32,313 nt of DNA from Gammaproteobacteria bacterium. GTDB lineage: Bacteria > Pseudomonadota > Gammaproteobacteria > UBA9214. The position numbers were made by a program, and so were the translations under genes. Positions 1-9,567 of the stretch are shown in pieces. The notes under the pieces were generated by a model, which saw nothing but the letters and a program-made list of their open reading frames with translations, had not been told where the DNA came from and did no database searches. Location of the stretch: the NCBI GenBank assembly GCA_029864225.1, contig JAOTTU010000003.1, positions 1 to 32,313 on the forward strand. Reading direction: 5' to 3'. Position 1 is the first letter of the stretch; each line of letters opens with the position of its first letter.

Positions 1-703
1 CGGCAGTGAGGATTCCTCGCAGGATATTCATCTCGTTCTCGTCGGGCCGCGCGCGATTGTACAGGCGCCGCAGGCGCCGCATCAGCTGGCGCGGATTGGC
101 CGGGTCGAGAAACTCCAGCTCCACGAGGGTCCGCTCCAGGTGCTCATAGAAACGCTCCATGTCATCCGCCCCCACCGGGGTAAAGTGGGCGTCAGCATCC
201 CCTTCCTGGGTCTCACTTGTAACATGCGCGGCAAACACTTCATAGCAAATAACCTGCACGGCCGCCGCCAGGTTCAGGGAACTGTACACGTCGCTGGCCG
301 GGATCCGGACCAGGGCATGGCAGCGGTCTATTTCTGCATTGCTCAGGCCCGACTGCTCACAACCGAACAGCAGCGCCACCTGCCCGTGCGCACTCTCTGT
401 CCGGACCTGCCGGGCACAATCTTTGGGATCGACGCTGGGGCAGGGAATACTGCGTAGCCGGGCACTGGCGCCGATCACCAGGCGACAGCCTTCCAGGGCC
501 TCATCAAGGTGCGTGTACACGGCCGCCTGCGCCAGCAGATCGTCGGCCCCGGAGGCCCGCGCCGTCGCCTCGGCATGCGGAAACTGTTTCGGGTTGACCA
601 GCCGCAGGTCCCGCAACCCCATGGTCTTCATGGCCCGCGCCGAGGCCCCGATATTTCCGGGATGGCTGGTATTCAGCAAGACCACACGGATATTGGACAG
701 CAT
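1..703 (-). CDS. trmJ: tRNA (cytidine/uridine-2'-O)-methyltransferase TrmJ, SPOUT family; 3' end runs off the window
   Basis: Not in the ORF track; translated by hand from ATG at 703: MLSNIRVVLLNTSHPGNIGASARAMKTMGL...EQSGLSNAEIDRC...YSSLNLAAAVQV...LMRRLRRLYNRARPDENEMNILRGILTA. Confidence 0.93.
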   Translation of the reverse strand, partial: MLSNIRVVLLNTSHPGNIGASARAMKTMGLRDLRLVNPKQFPHAEATARASGADDLLAQAAVYTHLDEALEGCRLVIGASARLRSIPCPSVDPKDCARQVRTESAHGQVALLFGCEQSGLSNAEIDRCHALVRIPASDVYSSLNLAAAVQVICYEVFAAHVTSETQEGDADAHFTPVGADDMERFYEHLERTLVELEFLDPANPRQLMRRLRRLYNRARPDENEMNILRGILTA

Positions 704-716
704 GAAGGCCTGGGGA

Positions 717-1334
717 TCAGGGCTGCTGGTCTACACAGAACTGCGCCAGCGCCTGTAGCAATTGCCGAACGGCGCGGTTGGCTGCCACCACCCCCCCGTA
801 GGCATCCTCACTGGCGCTGGGCTCCGTCAGATCGAACAGGCGAGTGGCCAGCACCCGGCCGGCCTGCAGGTCAACCAGCTGGGCCCGCAGGGTGATCCGC
901 ATGGCACTAGGCTGCACCATGAAATCCTGGTGGAAGCGGATCAGCTCGGTGTCCAGCCGGATATTGGCGACCACCGTGCCGGGCGGCCGGTGCAGGGCCT
1001 GGAAGCGGCCGGTCTCCTGGATGGCATCGGCCAGCAGGGGCGCCAGCATGCGCGCCGGTGTGGCGGCCCAGCGGCTGCGCGTGTAGTAGCGCAGTCCGTA
1101 GGCCTGCCGCATATAGGCGATACGCGCACTGTCATAGCCACCATGCGCCCGTGGTGTGGACACAATCAGAACCGCTGCGTCACTGGCCGGGGCCATAGCG
1201 GTGTTTGGGTCTGCCGTGTATTCGAGCGTGTATTCGTCGATGGCCTCCGGGGGTGGTCCCGGCAACACCGAACAGCCCGTCGACAGCACGCTCAGGAGCA
1301 ACACGAGACCCGGTATTTTGCTAACAGTCGTCAT
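717..1334 (-). CDS. ABC-type transport auxiliary lipoprotein (PqiC-like)
   Basis: Signal peptide with lipobox LSTGC from ATG 1334 (MTTVSKIPG...); RWAATPARML motif; last gene of an MlaE/F/D-type cluster. The track start at 1376 would overlap mlaD. Confidence 0.8.
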   Translation of the reverse strand: MTTVSKIPGLVLLLSVLSTGCSVLPGPPPEAIDEYTLEYTADPNTAMAPASDAAVLIVSTPRAHGGYDSARIAYMRQAYGLRYYTRSRWAATPARMLAPLLADAIQETGRFQALHRPPGTVVANIRLDTELIRFHQDFMVQPSAMRITLRAQLVDLQAGRVLATRLFDLTEPSASEDAYGGVVAANRAVRQLLQALAQFCVDQQP

Positions 1335-1338
1335 CGGC

Positions 1339-2262
1339 TTATTCCCCCGGCCCCGGAATGACCTGTTCACGTCCATAGATTAGCAGGCTGGGATCGTCCT
1401 CCAGCTTTTCTCCAATACCCTGCATGGTGTCCGCCAGTCGTCGGAGCTCGCTCACGAGTTCCCCCACTTCCGGTAGTGTCTGTTGACTGAATTGCTGCAG
1501 GCCGGTTTCACTGCCCTGTACAAAACGGTTGAGGCTGGCACTGGCCTCGGAAATATTATTCGCCATCGTCTCGAAGGCGCTGGCCGTGCTGTTAATCTGA
1601 TCCAGCAAGGGTTGTAACTGGGCAACTGCCTGCGCACCATTGGCGAACAGTTTCGATGCGTTCAGCACCGTCTGTTCGAGCTCCATGTTCTGGCGTGCGA
1701 AGATGGCGGAGACCTGCCGGCTGTTCTCGAGGATGTCACGGATCGTCTGGCGTCCCTTCTCATCCAGCAACTCGCCCAGCCGATTGGCCAGCGTGTTCAG
1801 GTTGGCAAGCAGTTCCATCCCGAAGGTGTCCAGGCGCGCGAAAAAGGACGGTCCCGACGGGATCACCGGGTGATCCGCACCCTCCTCCGCCTGCAAGAGT
1901 TCTGCCGACTGGCTGCCGCCCGTCAGGTCCACGAAGGCGATCCCGGTCAGGCCCTGCACCGCAAGTACGGCGATGGTGTCGACCTTGATCGGCACGCTGG
2001 ACTGGATATACAGCGTCAGGCGCACTTCCTCGGGGTTCGCCGGGTTCAGCTCGATATTACGGACCTTGCCGATTTCCACGCCGCGGTATTTTACCGGTGC
2101 ATCCACATACAGCCCGGACACCGATTCCTTCATGTACACCCGGTAGGTGGTGTACTCGGTACGGAAATCGCCCAGCGTCAGCCACAGACTGATACCCAGC
2201 CAGGCACCGCCCAGCAGCAGCACGAACAGGCCTACGAGGGCATAGTTTATTTTTCTTTGCAT
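1339..2262 (-). CDS. MlaD/MCE family protein with long helical C-terminus
   Basis: N-terminal TM helix; MCE signature VSGLYVDAPVKYRGVEIGKV...QGLTGIAFVDLTGG. Confidence 0.9.
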   Translation of the reverse strand: MQRKINYALVGLFVLLLGGAWLGISLWLTLGDFRTEYTTYRVYMKESVSGLYVDAPVKYRGVEIGKVRNIELNPANPEEVRLTLYIQSSVPIKVDTIAVLAVQGLTGIAFVDLTGGSQSAELLQAEEGADHPVIPSGPSFFARLDTFGMELLANLNTLANRLGELLDEKGRQTIRDILENSRQVSAIFARQNMELEQTVLNASKLFANGAQAVAQLQPLLDQINSTASAFETMANNISEASASLNRFVQGSETGLQQFSQQTLPEVGELVSELRRLADTMQGIGEKLEDDPSLLIYGREQVIPGPGE

Positions 2263-3077
2263 GTGCGTTCCTGTGCATTCCGGGCACGCGGCCCCTCGAA
2301 ATACTCCCGGATGCGCGGTAGCGTCGACCGGGACAGCGTTTCCATGGTACCAATCCCCTGCACGGTCCTGTCACCCAGCACCGCAACCCGATCGGCCGCT
2401 CCCCAGAGTGAATCGAGGTCATGGGTGACCATCAGCACCGTCAGGCCCATCAGGTCCTTGAGCCGCAGCACCAGCTCGTCGAAGGCGCCGGCACTGACCG
2501 GGTCCAGGCCCGATGTCGGCTCGTCGAGAAACAACACCTCCGGGTCCAGCGCCATCGCCCGCGCCAGGGCGGCGCGCTTGATCATGCCACCGCTGAGCTC
2601 GCTGGGGTACAGGTGAGCGGCTTCCGGCCGCAGTCCGGCCTGGACGATCTTCAGCAGGGCCAGTTCCCTGATCGTGTCCTCATCGAGTTTGGTATGCTCC
2701 TTCAATGGTACACCAACATTCTCCAGCACCGTCATGCCGCTGAACAGCGCGCCCTGCTGAAACAGCACACCGAAACGCCGCCGCAGACGCTGGGCGTCCG
2801 CGTCACGGATACCAACAAGCTCGGTGTCGAACAACTTGATCGAACCGCTGTTCGGCACCTGCAGCATGATCATCTCGCGCAGCAGCGTACTCTTGCCGCT
2901 GCCACTGCCGCCGACCAGGGCCAGTACTTCGCCGCGGTACACATCCAGGTCGATGTTTTCATGAATGACCTTCTTGCCGAAGACCGTGCCGACACCGCGC
3001 AGGCGAATAATCACTTCCCTCTCCGACGGCTGTTCGGCGCGTCCCGTCCTGGCTGCCACGGCTGTAGCCATCGTCAA
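2247..3077 (-). CDS. MlaF-like ABC transporter ATP-binding protein
   Basis: Walker A GGSGSGKS, signature LSGGM, Walker B LFLDEPT, H-loop VTHD. Confidence 0.92.
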   Translation of the reverse strand: MTMATAVAARTGRAEQPSEREVIIRLRGVGTVFGKKVIHENIDLDVYRGEVLALVGGSGSGKSTLLREMIMLQVPNSGSIKLFDTELVGIRDADAQRLRRRFGVLFQQGALFSGMTVLENVGVPLKEHTKLDEDTIRELALLKIVQAGLRPEAAHLYPSELSGGMIKRAALARAMALDPEVLFLDEPTSGLDPVSAGAFDELVLRLKDLMGLTVLMVTHDLDSLWGAADRVAVLGDRTVQGIGTMETLSRSTLPRIREYFEGPRARNAQERTCKEK

Positions 3078-4204
3078 ATTCCCAGCATGCTGAACAGAAT
3101 CGAGAACAGCGCGTCCGTGACAATTACCAGGAAGATGGCCTGCACCACGCTGATGGTCGTGTGCCTGCCGACACTCTCGGCACTACCCCGCACCTTGAAG
3201 CCCTGGTAGCAGCCGACGATGGCGATGATGGCGGCAAACACCGGCGCCTTGCCGATGCCGATCATGAAGGTCGAATAATCGATGGCCTCGCCAATGCGGT
3301 TCAGAAAGGCGTTAAAGCTGATACCCAGCTGCAGGTTTGCCATGACCATGCCGCCGAAGATGGCCATTATGTCCGCGAACACCGACAGCAGTGGCAACAC
3401 GATAATCAGTGCAATCAGCTTGGGCAGCACCAGGATGTACATCGGCGGGATGCCGAGGGTGCGCAGCGCGGCCACCTCCTCCGTCACCTGCATGGTGCCG
3501 ATCTGCGCCGTGTAGGCCGAGCCGGTGCGTCCCGAAATCAGGATCGCCGTCAGCAGGGGTGCCAGCTCGCGCAGCATCGAATACCCCAGCAGGTCGGCGA
3601 CATAGATACTGGCTCCGTACAACTGCAACTGCACCGCCCCCTGGTAGGTGATGACGACGCCCATCAGGAAAGACAGCAGGCCGACAATGGGCATGGCCTT
3701 GTAACCGGCCTCGAACATTTCATTGATAATCACCTTCCAGCGGATGTGCTGCGGGCTGGCAATCATCCAGACAAACGAGACGACCGTCTCGCCGGTAAAT
3801 GCCAGGAAGCTGACCAGGTCATGAAATACGCTGATCCAGCGGGTATAGAAGATTTCCGTCTCGCGGCGCGGGCTGGCTGCCGCGACATCACGACGGGTGT
3901 CGGCAACCAGGTCGATCAGCGCCACGTGTTCCGTCCTGAAGGCCTCCAGCTGGACCTTTTTGCCGGCCGCCTCTAGCCGCTGGCGCAACTGGTTGATCCG
4001 CCAGGCGCCTGCGGTATCCATCGCGGCGACGGCCCGGCCATCAATGGCGACAGCCGCGGCGCCGGGCACCAGGACAGATTCGATGCGCCGTGGCAATGCA
4101 GCAATCCCGCGTACCGTCCAGGCGCCGCTGCACGCCAGGGTCTGATCATGCTCCAGTGCGACCCGGGCGGGTGCCTTTGGTTTGGGTTCGGTCAGTTCAG
4201 GCAT
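3074..4204 (-). CDS. MlaE-family permease with N-terminal STAS-like domain
   Basis: N-terminal AMDTAGAW (STAS-like); MlaE core RELAPLLTAILISGRTGSAYTAQIGTMQVTEEVAAL. Confidence 0.9.
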   Translation of the reverse strand: MPELTEPKPKAPARVALEHDQTLACSGAWTVRGIAALPRRIESVLVPGAAAVAIDGRAVAAMDTAGAWRINQLRQRLEAAGKKVQLEAFRTEHVALIDLVADTRRDVAAASPRRETEIFYTRWISVFHDLVSFLAFTGETVVSFVWMIASPQHIRWKVIINEMFEAGYKAMPIVGLLSFLMGVVITYQGAVQLQLYGASIYVADLLGYSMLRELAPLLTAILISGRTGSAYTAQIGTMQVTEEVAALRTLGIPPMYILVLPKLIALIIVLPLLSVFADIMAIFGGMVMANLQLGISFNAFLNRIGEAIDYSTFMIGIGKAPVFAAIIAIVGCYQGFKVRGSAESVGRHTTISVVQAIFLVIVTDALFSILFSMLGI

Positions 4205-4249
4205 CCCCCCAAGTCTCCGTTATCGCCGGCACGCTGACAAGCCGGTGAT

Positions 4250-5215
4250 TCAGGCATCGTTCAGGGGAAAGGCGATAACACTGGCGAGCGAATTAGATCC
4301 GGCCGCGACCATCAACAGGCGGTCGATCCCCAGTGCGACACCCGCGCAGTTCGGCAGCCCGGAGGCCAGGGCGGCCAGCAGGCGCGTATCGACAACCACC
4401 GGTTCCAGGCCCTGCGCCACACGTTGTGCATTGTCCTGCTCGAAACGCAGTCCTTGTTCAGCGGCATCGGTCAGCTCGTGATAGCCGTTGGCCAGCTCGA
4501 CACCGTTGAGGTAGGCCTCGAAGCGCGCGGCAACCGGCGGGGTGCCCGGGCGCAGTCGTGCCAGTGCCGCCTGGCTGGCGGGATAATCACGTATGAACAC
4601 CAGCCCCGGTCCCAGCCGTGGCTCGATAATGTGGGTCATCAGCAGGTCGAGCCAGCCATCGTTGTCGTCGGGTGACAGGCCGACGGGGGGATCGATGGCA
4701 TGTGACTGCAGGCAGCCCCGCAATTCATCCACGGACGCATTGAACGGGTCGACTCCGGCACTCTCGATGAACAGGTCACGGTAGCACCAGTGATCGACCG
4801 ACTCGAGCGGAACCAGGCCCTCGAGGACGCTGCGCAGCAGGGTCTCGACATCGTCCATCAGGTCGAAGTGGTCGAAACCGACGCGGTACCATTCCAGCAG
4901 CGTGAATTCCGGGTTATGCCGGCGGCCGGACTCGCCGTCACGAAATACCTTGCAGATCTGGTAAATCGACCCGCTGCCGGCGGCCAGCAGGCGCTTCATC
5001 GGGAATTCCGGCGAGGTCTGCAGATACAGGCTGGAACCGTGAGCCAGACCTGGGCCGTGGTAGCGGGTCTGAAAACTCTGCAGGGCGGGATCGGTGGCGC
5101 CAGCAGGTGACAGGACCGGGGTATCGACCTCGAGCACACCGGCCTGCGCGAAATAGTCGCGCACCCGGGCCAGCACCCGCGCTCGGAGTCTGAGACTGTC
5201 TATCTCTGCGTGCAC
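4250..5215 (-). CDS. epmA: EF-P lysine aminoacylase EpmA (GenX/PoxA)
   Basis: LysRS-like catalytic motifs LQTSPEFPMKRLLA, FRDGE..RHNPEFTLLEWY, ELANGYHEL, GVALGIDRL; no anticodon-binding domain; adjacent to efp. Confidence 0.95.
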   Translation of the reverse strand: MHAEIDSLRLRARVLARVRDYFAQAGVLEVDTPVLSPAGATDPALQSFQTRYHGPGLAHGSSLYLQTSPEFPMKRLLAAGSGSIYQICKVFRDGESGRRHNPEFTLLEWYRVGFDHFDLMDDVETLLRSVLEGLVPLESVDHWCYRDLFIESAGVDPFNASVDELRGCLQSHAIDPPVGLSPDDNDGWLDLLMTHIIEPRLGPGLVFIRDYPASQAALARLRPGTPPVAARFEAYLNGVELANGYHELTDAAEQGLRFEQDNAQRVAQGLEPVVVDTRLLAALASGLPNCAGVALGIDRLLMVAAGSNSLASVIAFPLNDA

Positions 5216-5248
5216 GTTCCCGGCCCGGCAATTCAGTAATCGAGAGCG

Positions 5249-5818
5249 CTATTCCTTGGCGCGTGCGACGTACTCCCCGGGACGGGTATCGATCTTGAGG
5301 GTCTCGCCGATCTCGACAAACAAGGGCACGCGTACGACTGCGCCCGTTTCCAGAGTGGCGGGCTTGCCGCCGCCGCTGGAGGTATCCCCGCGCACACCCG
5401 GGTCGGTGTCGGTCACCTTGAGCACCACGAAGTTGGGTGGCGTGACCGCCAGCGGTGTCCCGTTCCACAGGGTGACCTCGCAGACATCCTGTTCCTTCAG
5501 CCATTTTGCGGCATCACCGACGGCGGTCGCATCCGCGGCATGCTGCTCGAAGCTGTTCGTGTCCATGAAGTGCCAGAACTCGCCGTCGTTGTAGAGGTAC
5601 TGCAATTCGATATCCAGGACATCCGCGCCCTCGACGGTCTCGCCGGACTTGAAGGTACGCTCGATCACACGCCCGGTTTTCAGGTTGCGAATCCTGACGC
5701 GATTGAATGCCTGCCCCTTGCCGGGCTTCACAAACTCGTTTTCAATAATTGAGCACGGGTCGCCGTCGAGCATTATTTTCAGGCCACCGCGGAATTCATT
5801 GGTACTATACGTTGCCAT
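5249..5818 (-). CDS. efp: Elongation factor P
   Basis: VKPGKGQAF loop carrying the modifiable Lys; [20 protein letters not shown] motifs. Confidence 0.98.
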   Translation of the reverse strand: MATYSTNEFRGGLKIMLDGDPCSIIENEFVKPGKGQAFNRVRIRNLKTGRVIERTFKSGETVEGADVLDIELQYLYNDGEFWHFMDTNSFEQHAADATAVGDAAKWLKEQDVCEVTLWNGTPLAVTPPNFVVLKVTDTDPGVRGDTSSGGGKPATLETGAVVRVPLFVEIGETLKIDTRPGEYVARAKE

Positions 5819-5871
5819 GACGGTCCTTTTTGACTGAGTAAGCGCCGAACAGGGGATAAAAAACGTTGGCT

Positions 5872-6879
5872 ATGATACCCCGAATAGACAAATCACGACA
5901 CACGCCGGCCTGGCAGACCGCACTGATGCAGGCCGTCGGCTCGGTGGATGAACTGCTGTGTCTGCTGCATATCGATGCCGCGAAGTCCGATATCCGCCGC
6001 TTCAGCCGCGATTTCCCGTTACGGGTACCGCGCGGTTTTGTCGCACGCATGGAACCGGGGAATATTCACGACCCGTTGCTGCGCCAGGTCCTGCCGCTGC
6101 CGGAGGAAGACCGGCAGCACACCGGTTTCCTGCCTGACCCCCTGCGCGAGGCGGATGCCATGCCCGTGCCCGGCCTGCTGCATAAATACCGGGGCCGCGC
6201 CCTGCTCACCCTGACCGGTGCCTGCGCCATCCATTGCCGTTACTGTTTCCGGCGGCATTTCCCCTACGCCGAGGCCAATCCCCTGTCAGGCAACCAGGCC
6301 CGGGCACTTGAGTACCTGGCCGCACATACCGGGATCCGCGAGCTGATTCTGAGCGGCGGTGACCCGCTGATGCTGCCCGATACGCGTCTCGAGGCATTGG
6401 CGAGGGCACTGGCAGGAATCCCGCACTTGCAGACCCTGCGGCTGCACACCCGGCTGCCCATCGTCCTGCCGGAGCGCGTCGACAGCAGGCTGCTCGCCTG
6501 GCTCGGCGAGCTGCCGCAGCGCGTGGTGGTGGTGGTTCATTGCAACCACCCGAACGAGATCGACCCGGCCGTGGTGACGGCGCTGCGCAAGCTGGCGCAG
6601 GCCGGAGTGCTGCTGCTGAACCAGTCGGTTCTACTCAAGGGGATCAACGCTGAGACGGACACCCTGATCCACCTGAGCGAGGCATTGCTGGCCGCCGGTG
6701 TGCTGCCCTATTACCTGCACCAGCTGGACAGGGTTCAGGGGGCCGCACATTTCGAAGTCAGCGACAGTGCTGCGCGCGCGCTGATGGACAGCCTGCACGC
6801 CGCCCTGCCCGGCTACCTGGTACCACGACTGGTCAGGGAACTCCCCGACTACCCGGGGAAATACCCCCTCTGGCCGTAG
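5872..6879 (+). CDS. epmB: EF-P beta-lysylation protein EpmB (lysine 2,3-aminomutase, radical SAM)
   Basis: CAIHCRYCFRRHFPY radical SAM motif, ILSGGDPL, PYYLHQLDRVQGAAHF; divergent from efp. ATG 5872 preferred over TTG 5866. Confidence 0.94.
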   Translation: MIPRIDKSRHTPAWQTALMQAVGSVDELLCLLHIDAAKSDIRRFSRDFPLRVPRGFVARMEPGNIHDPLLRQVLPLPEEDRQHTGFLPDPLREADAMPVPGLLHKYRGRALLTLTGACAIHCRYCFRRHFPYAEANPLSGNQARALEYLAAHTGIRELILSGGDPLMLPDTRLEALARALAGIPHLQTLRLHTRLPIVLPERVDSRLLAWLGELPQRVVVVVHCNHPNEIDPAVVTALRKLAQAGVLLLNQSVLLKGINAETDTLIHLSEALLAAGVLPYYLHQLDRVQGAAHFEVSDSAARALMDSLHAALPGYLVPRLVRELPDYPGKYPLWP

Positions 6880-7039
6880 CCGGCCATTAAACCCCGGGGC
6901 GCACCCAAACGTCGCGACCGGGCCCCGCAGCCCCGCCACCATTGCCCGCAGTAATGCCACCATGGATCGTGATATTGTGTATATTATCTGGTGTCAGACG
7001 CATTATGATCAGGCTCACGAGGATAACCTTACGCCCCAT

Positions 7040-8731
7040 ATGGAACTGCAGATCCCCGAACTCAAGAAGCCCGGCATGGGTACGTTCAAGACCGGTACCG
7101 GGGCTGTCAGGCAATGGATTGAAAACCTGCCACTCACCAATGTCGACAAGACCATCACCCTGATCGAGGGCGCCCTCGACGAAATCAACGGCTATATCCT
7201 GCCAAACGCGGAACGGTTTGAGGCACTGGAACTGTTTGCCAGACCGGTTGCCCACATCAACGACTCGCTGAAAAAGAAGTACCTCGGCAGGCCGATCCCG
7301 GTGAAAGGCAGCGCCCTGGTACATGCACAAAAGGCCATCGATATCTGCCTGCGCATGGCCACCGGGTACAAGATCCTTGCCGCCATTCTTGACCGCGCGG
7401 GTGAAGCGGGCCCGCAAATGGCCACGGCAATCCAGCGCGCCATCCGTTATTACAGCGAGATCCTGATCAGCAACTACCAGACATACGCCCAGTTCCCCAC
7501 GGGTATCTGGGGTGACCTGCATGCGCTTTATGTGCTCGCCGAAAAACACGGCCTGGCAACACACGCAGTCACCGACATCACGACACAGCACGAGATAACA
7601 GCAACGCTTGAGGACATCTACAAGCAAATCCTGCTGTTGTCCCTCGCCTGCCCCTACCGGCTGCGCCAGAACGAGATCCGGCAGGTATATGACTTGCTTA
7701 GCGTGTGGGCGCCGCACAGCAAACTGCTGAACAGCGACACCGGAGACACGGGCGGTTTTTTCGCCTGCCAGCTGGACACCGATGAACCACCCTCCTACAA
7801 GGCGTTGCAGCAGACAGAGCGGGCCGACTCACACTGCAAGCTCCTCAGCACCCGTGACATGGCGGACCCTGTCAACGCGACCCTGTCGGAGTACCGGTCT
7901 GCGCGGCAACATCTCGGCCTGCCCGAGGAGAAGACCCTGCAACGCCTGCTGATGTCCTGGGGTGTTATGCCCAAGCGCCGTTTCACCCGCCATCGCCAGG
8001 ATGACGAGGTTCGCCTGTTACTGGGACTGGAAAACATTCATGGGGTAATCGCCGGACCCTCGAATTCCACTGAAACCGGCAGAGACAGCGAAGACCACAC
8101 CATCCGGGACAATGCCTACCTGCGCGACCCGACATTCGAACAAAGCACCTCGTTCGACGTCGACTGGCTGACGGGAATCGATGCCAGCCCCAATGGACAG
8201 GCCAAAGACGCGGCGCGAAACCAGGCTCATCCAGGATCGGTCATCAGAACGCCCGATAAATCACCCATTGAAATCTGGAAATTACAGGACAGCAGCGCCG
8301 GCGGTTATAGCCTGCTGTGGGATACCGACACGACCTCAGGCGCCCAGGTCGGTGAACTGGTTGCCATCAATACTAAAGCGGAAAATGATGAAAACAGATG
8401 GCACCTGGGCGTGATCCGCTGGATGAAGTCCACCCGGCAACAGGGACTGGAGATGGGCATTCAAATGCTGGCACCCGGGGCCTGCGCTATCCAGGCCACT
8501 ATCTGCAATGAAAAGTCCAGCGTCGAAAACAAGATGAACGGGATCCTGCTGCCGGAGATCAAGGCGCTCAATCAACCGGCGACCCTGCTGCTGCCGTCAC
8601 TGCCGTTCCGGGTCGGTTGCACGACCGCCCTGCAACAGGAAAAAATTGAAGAACGCATCAAACTGACCCAGCAGCTGGAAAATACCGGCTGCTTTGCACA
8701 GTTCCTGTTTGCACCGGCAGAAGACGCCTGA
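7040..8731 (+). CDS. fimW: FimW-like c-di-GMP receptor (helical N-terminus, C-terminal PilZ-type motifs)
   Basis: RxxxR (KRRFTR) and DxSxxG (DSSAGG); YKQILLLSLACPYRLRQ and QVGELV..W.LGVIRWM blocks; near a FimX-like gene. Start uncertain (6962 or 7040). Confidence 0.7.
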   Translation: MELQIPELKKPGMGTFKTGTGAVRQWIENLPLTNVDKTITLIEGALDEINGYILPNAERFEALELFARPVAHINDSLKKKYLGRPIPVKGSALVHAQKAIDICLRMATGYKILAAILDRAGEAGPQMATAIQRAIRYYSEILISNYQTYAQFPTGIWGDLHALYVLAEKHGLATHAVTDITTQHEITATLEDIYKQILLLSLACPYRLRQNEIRQVYDLLSVWAPHSKLLNSDTGDTGGFFACQLDTDEPPSYKALQQTERADSHCKLLSTRDMADPVNATLSEYRSARQHLGLPEEKTLQRLLMSWGVMPKRRFTRHRQDDEVRLLLGLENIHGVIAGPSNSTETGRDSEDHTIRDNAYLRDPTFEQSTSFDVDWLTGIDASPNGQAKDAARNQAHPGSVIRTPDKSPIEIWKLQDSSAGGYSLLWDTDTTSGAQVGELVAINTKAENDENRWHLGVIRWMKSTRQQGLEMGIQMLAPGACAIQATICNEKSSVENKMNGILLPEIKALNQPATLLLPSLPFRVGCTTALQQEKIEERIKLTQQLENTGCFAQFLFAPAEDA

Positions 8732-8746
8732 AGCAAGCCAGGCCGG

Positions 8747-9268
8747 CTAGTACAACTCGAGAAACGGTTCCGGGTACTCGACGTGCCCGCCACCGGCGAG
8801 ATTTCCTTCCACGATTTCCATCCCGGTCAGGGCATCAGCGGGTGCTGGCAGATTGCAGGTCACCTTGATGTCTTTTGCAGGAAGGAAGCCGAAACGCTGG
8901 TAATACTCGGGGTACCCGACAACGATAATGGCGCCATAGCCCTTCTCACGGGCCAGCTCCACACTGGCCTTGATCAACACGGAGCCGATACCGCGGTGAC
9001 TCTGTGACGGCACAACCGACATGGGACCCAATGCCAGCACAATCTTTTCCTCGCCATCCTTGCGCACTGGCACCCGGGTCAACAGCACATGCCCGACAAT
9101 ACGCCCGTTTAGCTCGGCCACCAGGGACAGTTCACGGTTATAGGAAGCCGCGGCCCGCAGGGCACTGATCAGGCGTGCTTCCGCCTCTCCGCCGAAGGCG
9201 CTGATATGGACAACATCGATGGCACGCACGTCCTCGGATGTTTCGGGCCTGACAGTAATTTCGTGCAT
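8747..9268 (-). CDS. GNAT N-acetyltransferase (YhbS-like)
   Basis: SLVAELNGRIVGH, LGPMSVVPSQSHRGIGSVL (acetyl-CoA motif A), VVGYPEYYQRFGF. Confidence 0.88.
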   Translation of the reverse strand: MHEITVRPETSEDVRAIDVVHISAFGGEAEARLISALRAAASYNRELSLVAELNGRIVGHVLLTRVPVRKDGEEKIVLALGPMSVVPSQSHRGIGSVLIKASVELAREKGYGAIIVVGYPEYYQRFGFLPAKDIKVTCNLPAPADALTGMEIVEGNLAGGGHVEYPEPFLELY

Positions 9269-9567
9269 GATTCACTCCGTTTCCACGAGAGAAGCTAAAG
9301 AATTCGGCTGCCATTCCCGGGCAGCCCGGGGAACAGACTAAAAATACAGCTTTTCAGTTACTTGCATGCTATCAGGAAATAACCACAGGGAGAATACCCT
9401 GCCATGGGGAAACCGTAAAAAGCCGCTCCGCAGCCCGGCAAATCCGCGCCCTGACAGCTTAAGACTTTCTCCCGGGTGCCGTAAATAGAATAGTCGGGGC
9501 TCGTGCCGGGGTGATTTGCCTATTACCCGCACCGTGCCACCTGTTTTCAGACTAGCGAGGGCACGCA

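Noticed and set aside
140-895. Three short plus-strand ORFs at the window start
   Set aside because: They overlap trmJ on the minus strand, which the track missed because it lacks a stop in the window
4250-6879. epmA-efp-epmB without epmC as a novelty
   Set aside because: Common arrangement; epmC is often unlinked or absent
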